The translations under genes and the position numbers were made by a program. A stretch of DNA of 63,508 bases, counting the filler, from Bigelowiella natans CCMP2755 (lineage: Eukaryota; Protista; Cercozoa): the NCBI GenBank assembly GCA_000320545.1. It is 4 parts of 4 records of this genome, joined end to end, with 100 filler letters (N's around TTAATTAATTAA, not from the genome) between each part and the next. Parts side by side here need not be neighbours in the genome. Positions count along the whole stretch, not along the records: positions 1 to 24,253 come from ADNK01003359.1; positions 24,354 to 55,262 come from ADNK01002117.1; 2 more parts are not named here. One strand, given 5' to 3'. The notes under the pieces are model-generated. The model saw only the letters and a program-made list of their open reading frames with translations, did no database searches and had not been told where the DNA came from. This document shows, piece after piece, positions 14,316 to 26,523 of the stretch; position 1 is the first letter of the stretch; each line of letters begins with the position of its first letter.

Positions 14316-15555
14316 GTTGTGAAACAGTAAGAACATGTGATACTACTGCGCTCAGCTTCTATCAAAACAACACAGAATGTCCGGGTGCGCGACGCTAGCT
14401 ACGACTACGCAGTATTCCGTGTGCTCGGCTCGGTAGACCTGCGTCGTATCGCCCCCGCTACTCCGATGGGGAAGGCACAGGAGAACGGGGAGGCGCGCGT
14501 GGAGTTTTGGACGCCAGGCAACGGTGGCGACGATAGCAGCGGCATTCAGAATGCTGGTGGCGGCAAGGAGGAGGAGATCGTGGCCGTCCACGGAGAGACG
14601 GGAGGATTAGTCCTGCCAGGGATGACGCTTCTCGTCCCTACATCCAGTGTTGCGAAGGTTTATGCGGAGATCATCAAGCAAAGGGAGGAGGAAGAGGAGG
14701 AGCTTCTCCAGATTGGGCTGATGGGGTGGGAAAAGCTACGCGTGCATCAAGGTGACTGTGTGCGCCTCGTCTTGTGCTGTTTTGCTTATCCTCCTTATTC
14801 AACCAAGATCTAAGTGACACCATCGCCACGGTGAATGGGGATGGATAATCTAGGCGTGCCAAAGCTCGGAGGGGAGATCACTGAAAGCTACAATCCTCTC
14901 GAGGCGCAGTTGTGGGACTCACTTAACTTCATCAAAGGCTGCTACATCGGTAAGTTGCTTATAATGCGAATACTCTCGATGTATCCGTAGTGCGCACGTA
15001 CGAGGGCCGCAAAGCCAGCCGCTTTCTTGTTCGTTGTCGTTGTCGTTGTTGCCGTTCTCACGGTCATCCGAAATATGAAGGGCAAGAGACCATCGCGCGC
15101 CTAAAGACGTACAAAGGCGTGAAACAGTTCCTGCAGCGATTTAGACTGGATGCCATGCCAGACGGCTTTCAGACTGCGGAAGACGGGCCGGAAAATGACC
15201 GCGATGGAGGTGAGATTATTCACTCGTCGGAAGGCGGCGAGAAGGTCGGTGTGCTGACAAGCTGTGCCGCTATTGGAGGCCAGGTATCACATGCTGCTTG
15301 TATTTGCTTTTCATAGAGGCCTACGCAGTGTGATGACATTATGATTCTGCTGGTTCTTAAAACTGCTAGATCTGGGGCCTTGGCTATGTGCGCACCAAAG
15401 CCAACCTGGAGGATGGATCTCGTGTTGTGATTGGAGAAACAGAGGATGCGGCCGGCATAAGCGCGGTCATGGATACACCGCTGCCCCGTGTAGGTGACAA
15501 TGGTTTTCCTGAATGGCTGCTTCAAGATGATGAAGCTGCTAGCCCTAGTCAGTAG
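12457..15555 (+). CDS. ygfZ: YgfZ/IBA57 (GcvT-family) folate-binding Fe-S maturation protein, probably plastid-targeted
   Basis: Exons give IIDHSNYGIIE|VTGRDRLDFLHGMSTNDI...FTTRTGRMID...WEKLRVHQG|VPKLGGEITESYNPLEAQLWDSLNFIKGCYIG|QETIARL, containing the KGCYxGQE signature. Hydrophobic leader LFKALLLLSVVVMVSLGIWSVAA is followed by an R/S/A-rich stretch. Confidence 0.9.
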
Positions 15556-16082
15556 TACTAGAGTACTTAGGAAAAGAGACGATTGAATTGTTACGAGATA
15601 GCTGACGGTGGAGTCGGCCGTAGCTAGCGTAGTTTGGATGAATCAAGCGTCGTGTGAATCAAGCGTCGTGCATACAACACGGGGTACTAATTATAAAAAA
15701 GTAATAGGAATCGAACTGCTGTGAAATAATGGCTGCGTAGCATGTATGCGAGCGCGCGAAGTTGATTTTCAATGAGTGCTAAGCTTTACCCACGCTATGC
15801 TAGTATGGTCTGTTAGGTGTACATGCACTAAATGCAAGCATGTCTAGATGTGTAGCTTTAGCATCATGTGCGATACATGAACATTACTACATGTATGGGC
15901 GAGGTCCCGGATCAAAAAGGCAAATTACTTGCGACATTATTGCTGTAAGAGTCCGCGATTAAAGCCTTCAATGTAGGTTATGTAGACCATAAAAGGAGAT
16001 CCTACTTTTAAGTGTGGCGCCTATACAGTGCATTAACTAATCATTACTTTAAAATAACTTATTATCGTTGAAAGTTTCGATG

Positions 16083-18743
16083 CTAATCCTCGACTACAGA
16101 TTGCTTCTCACTCGGTAGAGGTGGGGGTTCGTCAGCAGGAAAGTGCTGTGATCCCAAAGGATCGTCGACCTCAGTGATATCATTTCCGTTGTGGTATTGA
16201 GGAATTGCTGGAGGCATAGGAAGTGGAGCATCGTCTCCTGGTCCTGGAGTTGCCTTCAACGAGGGTGAACCGGAAGAGGGAGGCAATGGTGGGGGTCCAG
16301 AAATATTAGGATCCTCGTTCTGCGTAGCTCTTGAACCCGGCACTGGAGGTGGCGGAGGAGGATCGCGCATCGCAGCTGCCTGGTAGTCGAAAGAGGCAGC
16401 GGAGCCATTCGTAATTCTTCTGGACAAATTCTCTACAACTGGGAAATCCTCGTTATCCTTTTGTTCCTTGGACTCATTCTGCTCATTGGCTTTCTTTTCT
16501 TGAAGTTCGTCTGCCTTTTCCCGAAGTTTTCCTGCCGATTGAACTGGATTAGGTGTAACTGCTGCCTTTTTCTTTGCCTCACTTGGTTCTCCAGTAGGAG
16601 ACAATGCAGGGGTCTTGTTCACTGTCCTATCTTCAACCTCATCCACTATCAATGTTTCTTCTGCGCCGATGTCATCTTTAACGATGTGTTGAGTCTCCGC
16701 ATTCACACTAACACGATTGATCAACATTAGTGTTAGATTGAGATAAGTATTGTATTTGATATATAGAATCGGGGGATGCATTACGTCCTAGTAGCAGTCC
16801 GCGTTACTGAGATTGTGTTCTTGTACTCATCCACATCGGTAACTTGGATATCTTCTTGCGCCTAATGATAGTTTTATTTAAGTCTAAAAGTTCCCCGTCT
16901 ATGTAATTTATGTACATTTCCACAGCTTTTAGCAAAAACGTTGCAGTACTTTGCCTACAAAAGAACCGAAACAATGACTGGTATGTTATACATCTCTATT
17001 GCTGAACGATAAGGGTTAATAATACTTACCTGGTTTTCCAATACTTTAGCTAAAATAGGACCAAGAGATCCATTTTTGGTAGCCAACGCTGCGAATTAAG
17101 CAGGGTGCAGAACGGCTGATCATATTTGTTTCTTCCCGTTCTCATTATTTTAGTCACACCTGCTTTGAAATGTGCTTTGCATTCTGCATTTTGCCTGGTA
17201 TAATCCTACGGTATTTGATTCGAACAATATTTTATATAGAATGAAAAGTAATTTGTTGGATTCATACCCTTTCGGCAAGTTGAAGCTTTTCCATTGCCCT
17301 TTAAAGTTGTTGTGAGCTATCATCAATCCTCACAACTTTTTAAGAAGTTCAGTAGCAGACCTGTCTTTTTTGTCCCTGAGTAATGGCTTCACTGGTTTCC
17401 CTAAATACCGGAATTCGTACTCGATAAGAGTTCAAGAGCAATGCATCCTATCTATGGCATTTCTGTATGTGATTTACTCCGACCTTTTGCTTCAATGGCG
17501 TCAACATCTTCACTGAGTTTCTGTGCCTTGAACATGTGCGATGTATTTACTGTTACATTCAACAATTTGTCAACGCTACCTTTGCTTTGTAATAAGCATA
17601 TAACTTTCCGGATTCTTTGCGGACCTAAATTGTGAATAGCTGAGTGAGAACATTTCTTAAAAAACGTGCTGGATACTAGTACCGCAATTTGATCCATAAT
17701 TCGTTTGTATTCGTTCCGAATCTCATCCAACTATTGTTTGAAACACTTTTAGTACATCATTGATGTATTTGTGTGGCAGATTTTGATCTACTTTGTTCGA
17801 TGATTGTCTAATGTCTTGCAACTTGTTCGTAATATCCTCTCCTGGTCTAATATTTTTTTTGAAACCATGTCATTCAGATCGACTTTGAACGAATAATCGT
17901 AAATTATTATGAAAACACATTACAGGATCGAGGCTCCATCCTGCTTAGATCTGTAATTAAAACATAAGAAATAAGGTCGACTAGCGATAGAGCATGCATG
18001 AATTCTTTACGGTCGCAATTTTGAGGATTTTGAAAGTTTGCTTTCCTGAAGTGATCCGCCTATGTTGGAATAGTACACGTGACAATTTGCACAATCCTTA
18101 AACAAGGATTTCAGTACCATTATCCCTTTGCTCCGCCTTCACGCTCACCTTAACATTTATAAATTTAATACAAAGAAATGGAACTATGCCAGGTTAATAA
18201 CCTCTCTTCCTGAGAGAACATCTTCGCAAGCCCTGCGGTAACGGAGTAGCGGATGAGGTCGAAGAATCAATATAAGCTCTCCAAATTAGATTATATGAAC
18301 TATGAACGCTGACATGTAAAAGTCTTCAGAGGCGTTCGCCAATCCGCTCATCTATAACACAAAGATTTACGCATCTAAAATGAAACTTTATCGAGAATTC
18401 TATACCGCTCCTATCCAATTTATCAAAGCCTCTTCTGCATCCCCAACCCTCTCGCCGATTGGAAGCCATGCTTGGTGAAGGCCATCGAATTCCTGAGCAT
18501 GAAATGACAACGCACACACCGATGCAAAGTGAGAATCTCTGTAAAATTTTGTATTTTTCAGTCTTAGCCAGACTTTGTCCCTCTCCTTCTCTGATTTAAA
18601 TCCGCCCACAGCTGATTTGACTTTTAACTTGAGCCTGAAAAACCTGTCATCCATCCAATGTACATTTAAGAGTCAGATGTTGTAACAAGGCGACGTCAGC
18701 GTTTAGGAATTCAAACACCACCATGGTTTACTCACAAGGACAT
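16083..18743 (-). CDS. Multi-exon protein with helical N-terminal region (possibly BAR-like) and Pro-rich C-terminal tail
   Basis: MSL|FFRLKLKVKSAVGGFKSEKERDKVWLRLKNTKFYRDSHFAS|EFDGLHQAW...; LDEIRNEYKRIMDQIA; DYTRQNAECKAHFK; KVLENQ|AKYCNVFAKS; final exon with PPPPPP motifs. Many short GT-AG introns. The BAR call is pattern-level only. Confidence 0.5.
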
Positions 18744-20484
18744 TCTGTTTGGGTTCTGGCTCATGGCGTGCGTAAGCGGAGGGGGGGTGGGCGGGGATCG
18801 AATCAACGATCGATTGTTTGTTCAAGTTCCAAGGCTGCTTCTTCGGAGGGATTATTCATTTGCGACAAGGTTTTCTTATGTCGCATCATTTGAATTCCGA
18901 TCCTTTTCGGTGCTTGCATTCAAATGCTCAATGTTCAATGTTTGTGCTTCCTGTCTCTAGCACACATTTGTGTGCCTTTGAGGGCTCGTTTTCCACTCCC
19001 TCATCCCAAGGGAGGAAAAAATAATGCGTTGAAACTTAGATACAATTTAGCCCAAGCACATGTACAAATTCATTGAAAGCTGAAATTTCGATATGCACAG
19101 GTGCGCAGGGATTCTCACTATTCTGATATATTCTCACTATCCTAATCACATAGGTGCATGCTCTAGTTTCTCGCCTTGGGAACCTCGCCTACCTCGTTGT
19201 TTTTCTCACCATTGTCGGCTCTCTGATCCTCTTGCTGATGACGTTTCACAAGTTTTCTCAGCGCCTTGAGCCAAGCACGATAAAGTAATATGTTTTTTCC
19301 TTCTTATCTCTATTCTCTCCTTCCATCGTCTACTGAGGAGACATAACTTTTTCAAAACATCTTAACTATGTCCCATGTTCTAAGCAAAACGAGGAGGCAC
19401 AAAACCTAGCGCGGATATTAGCTCCCATATCGCGCTCCTTTTCTTGATTTTTTTGCAATATTACTCATGTACGTCGGGTTCCAAGATGTTGATTGTTGGT
19501 CGCTGGACATAGTTTAGTTTACCCGTCATGCTGCAAGGAAATCGTACTTTGCATACATGCTTGTCTGAAAATTTAGCTTCTTCCACGTCTTTATTTTGGT
19601 GAATTTTGTCGCTCAGAAATTAATTGCATTTCCATGTTGCATTTCTATGTGCACAACATAAGCGCTGTAGCCGCTGTTTTGCATGCCCTCACTAGAATAA
19701 CCATTGAAATTTTAATCACTTCATTACGTCCGTTGCATGTGCAGCTACATCAGGATGAATTTTGAAAATTTGTGATCATTTCAATGCACCCGTCTAGCCG
19801 TCTCACACACACAAGCAGCAAGACTCGGCTTAAGAGTCTACAGGCTCTTAACGCTAGAACGGCTGACGCACACACAGTCTCACAAGCAAACGCAACAGTG
19901 CAGAGTGGATCAAAGGTGCATCTGGACCATGCAACAATGACAAGCAGCTTGGCATGTAGGCGAATGCCTAGCAGCTAGCTGCTGCACATCCAACATCAAG
20001 CTGCAGTCCTTACGTGTGCCATGCTCTGCATGCTTGTTGTGTGCGTCGAGATGCATGCGTGTGGTGTGGTTCGACGTAGACGACGCACGCATGTTCATCA
20101 TGTCAGTACCTACAGCGTCATTTGTTCAGCAGACGCGCTACACCGCAAACGATGCATGCTAGCATGGCAGCCGCCTGACACTCACTGACGCTCATAGATG
20201 AATTGATCACTCTCGTTTGGCACATGAACTATTCGATTATGACAGTATTTTGATGATGCTAGATTCATTAGATGTTCATTTGCATCCACATCGCATCTTA
20301 GTGAACGTGGTTAGCCCTCTTCTTGGTTTGCCCTTTCATTTGGAGCCAGCGTGCTATCTCTGTTGTGATTTACACACATAACATGTTTAGGCAGTTCGAA
20401 ACACAAATATACACAAATTTCTAATTTACGGCAATGATCCAGATATCGTGTACAGGAGCTAGCATGCAACATTGACCCCTGCTT

Positions 20485-20741
20485 TTAATTCCTCATGGCC
20501 TCCTTGGCCTCAGCGAAGAGCCGAGCCTGCGCAAGGCGTACGTTCATTTTGTCACATTGTGATGACGTTCCTTGACAACTTTTGTGCAGGAAAATCATGC
20601 AAAAGGTGGGAGAACGAACTCTCAGAAAGTCTCATATGCTTCTCCGTCTCTCATACCTGTTTGGCCTCCAATTGCTCCTTCGACAATCCAGTATCTCCTA
20701 TGGGAAGCAGAATACGGCCTTATGATGACATTTTTATATTG

Positions 20742-20776
<35 letters not shown>

Positions 20777-21113
20777 GCGGCTGCTGCTACTACAGTGGGG
20801 GGAATGAATACTTTTGGGACACAGTAACAACATTCGAGGGGGGTCGCTGCCAGCACTACTATCATTCATCACTGCCATCAGCAGCAAGCACGAAATCATC
20901 CGATCTCATATCACCCAATTTCCGCTTCTTCATCTTAGGCCGTTTCTGTCCAGAAGATCAGATGGCTTAGAGCATGAAATTGCACATGATACGAAAGACA
21001 ACCTTGCTAGCTTCTTGCAGCCTCTTAAGCTCCCCTTTCATCGCCTCTGCATATTCTGAAAATCCTAAGTTCTTTTCGAACCAAAGCAGGACACATGCAC
21101 AAGTTACGCGCAT

Positions 21114-21159
<46 letters not shown>

Positions 21160-21739
21160 GGGGATATTATCCCCTTGAAACCTGCAGGGCGGTGATGATG
21201 TGATGCGGCAATATACGCCCTCCCTGCATATCAATAGGCGTGATTGTGAGCAAACTCGATTTCATAGTCGAATTCAAATCTGGCAAGTTTCCACCAGAGG
21301 GTCGATAAATATTGTGGTGAGACATTTGAAAGTGTGCCCTTCAGCTCCAGACGATAATGACGTCAACTACCTTCGACTTCTCCACGATGTCTTGTGCCTC
21401 CCCAGCCACGAGCTGCAGAAACTCTTTAAACACAATTGTGTTCATATCCAATGTAAATACTAACCCCCACCGCCGCTACTATTACTACGGAAACATCCCT
21501 TACGTTCCCACACGTTTTCCGGTGTACCTTTCAGCAACTCACACATCACCGGGGCCGACTTCGAGTTGAGCTTCATCGTTGGAGGGAGGAAACTCTGGAC
21601 AAGTTTCGCCACTTTAGCTGATAATGCAAAACATGTAGGGTTATCATTACTTCTTCGAAGCTCTCTACCCTATCCGAATGTCAAACCCCCTTCATTGCAC
21701 GCATCAAGAGATGGGGTGACCTTTCGGAAGCTCTGCCAT
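20485..21739 (-). CDS. DR1: Negative cofactor 2 beta subunit (DR1/Ncb2), histone fold
   Basis: Spliced: MAELPK|AKVAKLVQSFLPPTMKLNSKSAPVMCELLK|EFLQLVAGEAQDIVEKSK|GGRILPHHIITALQ|NLGFSEYAEAMKGELKRLQEASK|KRPKMKKRKL|GDTGLSKEQLEAKQ|ARLFAEAKEAMRN*. Matches the DR1 patterns EFIHLISSEANEI, ISPEHVIQALESLGF and EEELLRQQQELFAKA. Confidence 0.85.
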
Positions 21740-21842
21740 GGCCACGCTCTTCCATTAATTCTGGGAGTTTACACGGTTAAACGTTGTCCATTTTGGTTTT
21801 TCCCCCTAGGATGTTTGGGGTATATATTTGTTTTCCATTTTG

Positions 21843-21895
<53 letters not shown>

Positions 21896-21988
21896 CGACG
21901 ACGACATCAACAGCCGGGCATAAGTTTCAGAGATTTAAGGAGAGAGTTCGGTGATCGTTCGTGCTTCTTTGGGTCTGGGATTCCGGGA

Positions 21989-22046
21989 TAAGAGTCACTC
22001 TTACCGGGATTCTCTCAGATATATTCGTATCACAAGAGTCACTCTT
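21989..22046. promoter_or_regulatory. Two copies of the palindrome AAGAGT-C-ACTCTT in the DR1/TL29 divergent promoter
   Basis: TAAGAGTCACTCTTA at 21989-22003 and AAGAGTCACTCTT at 22034-22046. The repeats are directly visible; a regulatory role is inferred from position only. Confidence 0.45.
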
Positions 22047-22347
22047 ATCTGACACGTGGGTGCGAGAGAGGGAGAGGAGGGAGGGGGGGAGGGAAAGAGA
22101 GAGAGAGAAGCGGGGAGGTTAAACAGGTCCCATATGGTGATGATTTCCTCGTGTTTCAATGATTCCGGAAAGCGGGGGGGGGGTGGGGTGTGAGAATTGC
22201 CAACGAAGCCTGCTGCCTTCCGAACCATCGATTGTTCCCAACATGCATGCGGTGCTTGAAACGATTGTTCTTTGCAAAAACGAAAAGAAATAATTGCCTT
22301 CTTCTTTGACTTTCAGAATCACGATGGTTTTTGGGCAACGAAAGAGT

Positions 22348-23817
22348 ATGAATGGAGCAGTTCCCCTGTGCGTTGCGGGCGCGTGCGTCGTCCTGCTGAT
22401 GGCGCTCGTCAGCAGCACTGCTAGCAATCGACCTCAGAGCACCTATTTGGCTGCTACCGTCACGCCACGAGTAACTTGTTCACAAACACATCACAGGCGA
22501 CATTGTGAAGCATTGACGATTGGAAAGACGCCGTAACTTGAGCGAATGGGGAAGCGGGATGATGTACGTCGCTATCCATGAAACATGTTACCATTATTTC
22601 CTTAGGCCTCGATGCGTCCGGGTTTTATTTCTTCCCCCTCCTCTGCTTGCGCCCCCCGCAATGTCCGTGCTAATGCGGAGATGAGACGGATGGGAAGAAA
22701 GAGTTTCCTGCTGGCAACCGGTGGGGTCACGGCCTCAAGTATCTCCAGCAGCAGCTGTTCCAAAGCCGGGCTGAAAGAGACGTATACACTGGCACGACGC
22801 CAGTCGATAAGCTGGTTCCTGGGCAGAAATTCTGCGCAACAGCAGCATTACTAGTACTTATGGCTGTTATAATTGTTGATTTTCTAGAAGTTTCGTTCGA
22901 TGATTCGGCATCTGACGCAACTGGTGGAGGAGGAGGAGGAGGAGGGAGATGCTACTATCACCATCATACTATCACCATCATCATCATTATCATGATAGTT
23001 ATCATTGCTACCAACCATCATTATGCTGAAGTATATTCCATTGTTCACCGCAGAACCGACCTCTACATCGTCTTAAAGGCGAAAATCGGCGAGTTCGTCA
23101 AATCCCCCTGTAAGTACGCCGCACAATGCAATGCTGTTGAATGCGAGTTTGAACGATGCAATGAATAACAAGAACGCCATCGTTAAAATATTATCATCGT
23201 CTTTCAAAATTCTCTAGCTTTCTACTCCTTTCCTACAATCCTTATAATATTGATCATCGATATCAACCTCTTCTTCTTCTTCTTCCTCATCTTACAATCA
23301 CACGCCTTATTGTTATCGTCTCCCCCGTCCTCCTGCTTCATCATCACGGTCATTGTGGCCTCCTTCCCTCTTAACAGACACGTCAGTGATGCAGCTCGTT
23401 CTGCTGGATGCCCTGAAGAGGGACAAGAGCTCTAAAACGGTAGTCATTCTGGTTGTAGTAGTAGTAGTAGTAGTAGTAGCAGCAGCAGCAGCAGTAGCGG
23501 TATTAAGAAAAGAACCAGCTTTGCAGATCGAGAGGAACATCATCAACATCACAAGCAAAGGAGATGATTTTATTTTGAAAAAAAAGATTGATCCAACCAC
23601 ATTGCTTTGTTCCCTGCTCGCATATGCGCCGTGCGCGCGCACAGGGGGGTCTCGACGGCAGCATCCAGTATGAGCTGGATGACCTCAAGCTCCCTGAATT
23701 GAAGCAAACGGTAGTTTCCCCCCCCGTACACATTCCTCAAAGACAAGTAGAGAAATCACGCTTCGTCATTTTATCGAGAAAATGTTAGCTTGGAGATAGT
23801 GTTCGCTTAAACTGAAA

Positions 23818-23860
<43 letters not shown>

Positions 23861-24253
23861 TCTCTCTATTAACACACATTTAAAGGTTAAGGAGCTGAAT
23901 GCTGCGAAGGACGCTGTGAACAAAGAATGGCAGGTTCGACGCATGCGCGCGCGCGCGCGCGCACACACACACACGCAGACACACATGCACGCCGCACGTA
24001 CCTGTAGAATATGACAACGGTAGCGGAAATGACAACGATGAATTTCGTCTTAAACAGAACGCCTGTTGTTGTTATCTTAATAGAGCGAAGACAAGCTCAC
24101 CTTCGTTGACGTATTGGTGTTTTCGGGTTATCTAAAGGTAGGACACGCCCGCACGTGTATATGCGCATCATCCGAGCAGAACAACATGTGACGCGCCCAC
24201 ACACGCAACACTTTACTTCTTCACAGTCCGCAATCACTCAGCTATTGCCCCCC
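22348..24253 (+). CDS. TL29/APX4-like thylakoid-lumen peroxidase-fold protein (3' end lost in gap)
   Basis: Signal MNGAVPLCVAGACVVLLMALVSS, transit-like region ...APRNVRANAE, Tat-like MRRMGRKSFLLATG, then VMQLVLLDALKRDKSSKT|GGLDGSIQYEL...|VKELNAAKDAVNKEWQ|SEDKLTFVDVLVFSGYLK. Parallels TL29 TLALNDAxTYDKATKSGGxNGSIRF...ISYADLIQ. Confidence 0.75.
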
Positions 24254-24353
24254 NNNNNNNNNNNNNNNNNNNNNNNNNNNNNNNNNNNNNNNNNNNNTTA
24301 ATTAATTAANNNNNNNNNNNNNNNNNNNNNNNNNNNNNNNNNNNNNNNNNNNN
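24254..24353. other. Assembly gap with TTAATTAATTAA linker
   Basis: 44 N + TTAATTAATTAA + 44 N, a six-frame-stop spacer. Confidence 0.97.
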
Positions 24354-24369
24354 TCTCTCTCTCTCTCTG

Positions 24370-24410
<41 letters not shown>

Positions 24411-24453
24411 CACACACACAGACACACACACACGCACACACACACACACACAT

Positions 24454-24488
<35 letters not shown>

Positions 24489-25055
24489 TATAAACATATA
24501 TTGCTATATGTTCAATGTGTTAATGCTTCGTTTTATCGTGAAGTAAGAGCTGATGCGAGTCATTGAATCATAAGTCATATAACGCTCCTGACACGTTTGG
24601 TGGTTGTTACCCGTACAGCACAATCTTGCCACCAACGACCTAAGATGCACGAGAATTGCGATTGATTGTTCATGGTTTATGTAGCTAGGAAGGATATGTT
24701 TCGGGGCAATCCCTACTACACAACACAAACAACACCTATGCGGCGACGACTGATCAGAGCAGTAGATCCAAGATAAATGGTGTTATTCCGAGGAATCTCC
24801 ATCCCCACCACCACCACCTCATCATCAGCATCATCATCATCATCAATATCTCTATTTTGAAAAGGCTATTTGCTGCCCGCCGGGTGACCTCTTTCGTCCA
24901 TTGAAGGCAAGCTTCCGCGTCTCTATACAGCCCTTCCTCACTAGAATTGATGATACCAAAATTTCACTTCGGATGGATGGACAAAACTGCTTCTCCTACT
25001 CTTCCAACGACAACTACTAATACAACTACTGGTGCTACTACAAGACTTCTACTAT

Positions 25056-25091
<36 letters not shown>

Positions 25092-25931
25092 TCTTACTCT
25101 GGCATTCCTTCATTGCCCCCATAGCCCCTCGGATCGGTCAGTACCACGCCGACACCGAAGGCCTGAACGACGGCGGCGCATAGCCATAAAAGACAGCACA
25201 CAGTCACTATGAAAACGCCTACAACTTCCATCACCAGCAACACTAGAATGGAGTGGCAGTAGTGATTGGGATCACGCATTGCTACGCAAATCCCTACCTT
25301 TCGGATTGCCATTGCCCAAGGCAAACGATGACCACGATGGCCGGCGTTTCCGTGAAACATCACCAGCGTCACCTTTTCTCCTCGCCCCTCCCCCTTGAGA
25401 TGCCTTTCGTTGCGAGCATTCACCCCATAAACACAATCAGACCGAACTCACACATGGCCAGCGTGAGGACAACAAAGGGTGTGAGAGTACCAGCCTTCTG
25501 TCAGCAGCCCATCGGAAGCCACAACCGCCACTTTTTGAGCACGACTGGTGTGGGTTATTGTTGTTGTTGTTGTTATTATTGCCGTTGAAGATAAGAGAGA
25601 GGAGGAGGATCGGTGATGACGGGGTTAGAAGCACAAGTTGGGGAATGGTCGACAGGATACCGAAGCGGCAATCGTAATTTATTCAACAAAAAAAGAGGAG
25701 GCAGCCCATACAACCGCAAGGGATTGTGGGACAAAATTTACACCGCAGCAGCTCATATCGGGAGCGATCATAATGAGGAAAACACATAGTTAGTTTTCGT
25801 TTCGTTTGACAGACATGTCCTGTGGCAGCCTTGGTGCTCCCCCGAATGGCATGTATCTATTTGGGATGAAGAGGAGAAGGAGGAGTAGGAGGAGGAGAGG
25901 ACTAAGAAAGGTAGTTGATGACGTAATTTAT

Positions 25932-25982
<51 letters not shown>

Positions 25983-26449
25983 TCTCTCGCATTGCATATT
26001 GTGTATCGTCGTCGCCATCATCATCGTCATCATGCACCCACAAATAGCTTCACACCACGCCGCCATCATGGACAACATGGTTGTGATCATCCTGACATGA
26101 GGCGACGCTGGAAGTTGTATGCTAGGAGAAGGAGCCCCGCGTAGCCAAGCTACTCGTGTTCAATAGACAAGGAAGGGGGAGTCAAGGACGAAGGGGTTGG
26201 ATGGAAATTCGAAAAGGGACGAGATCTTACCATCAGGCGACCCTTCGTGAGCGTGGAGCCATCAGGAATAAGCGCCCCCACATGCAATTCAAAATAGCAA
26301 GTTTCGAGTGTCGTCAACAAAGCACAGCATGAACAATTAAACACAACACGGCAGAATGAGAGTGCCAAATAGAGAGAGAGAGAGTGGGGGGGGGGGGGGG
26401 GGGGTTGCGCGGGAGGATGCACCATCACCGCCGATCCTCCCCCCAGCAT
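24354..26449 (-). CDS. ABHD13/Bem46-like alpha/beta hydrolase (3' end lost in gap)
   Basis: MLGGGSAVM|LGYAGLLLLAYNFQRRLI|YMPFGGAP...VVASDGLLTEGW...TLVMFHGNAGHRGHRL...|AFGVGVVLTDPRGYGGNEGMP|SEEGLYRDAEACLQW|VVGGKIVLYG. Family motifs FHGNAG, RGYG.S/N.G.PSE.GL..DA and IVLYG are present. Confidence 0.88.
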
Positions 26450-26523
26450 GATCGGGAAAGGAAATGAGCCCGAAGGGGAAAGCGATCGGTTCTTCGGAAG
26501 AAATACAAGCCGAAAACATCGTA

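Noticed and set aside
24298-24309. TTAATTAATTAA palindromes (also 55307 and 62002) as biological elements, e.g. piggyBac target sites
   Set aside because: Each is centred in an exact 100-nt N block; this is an artificial scaffold linker.
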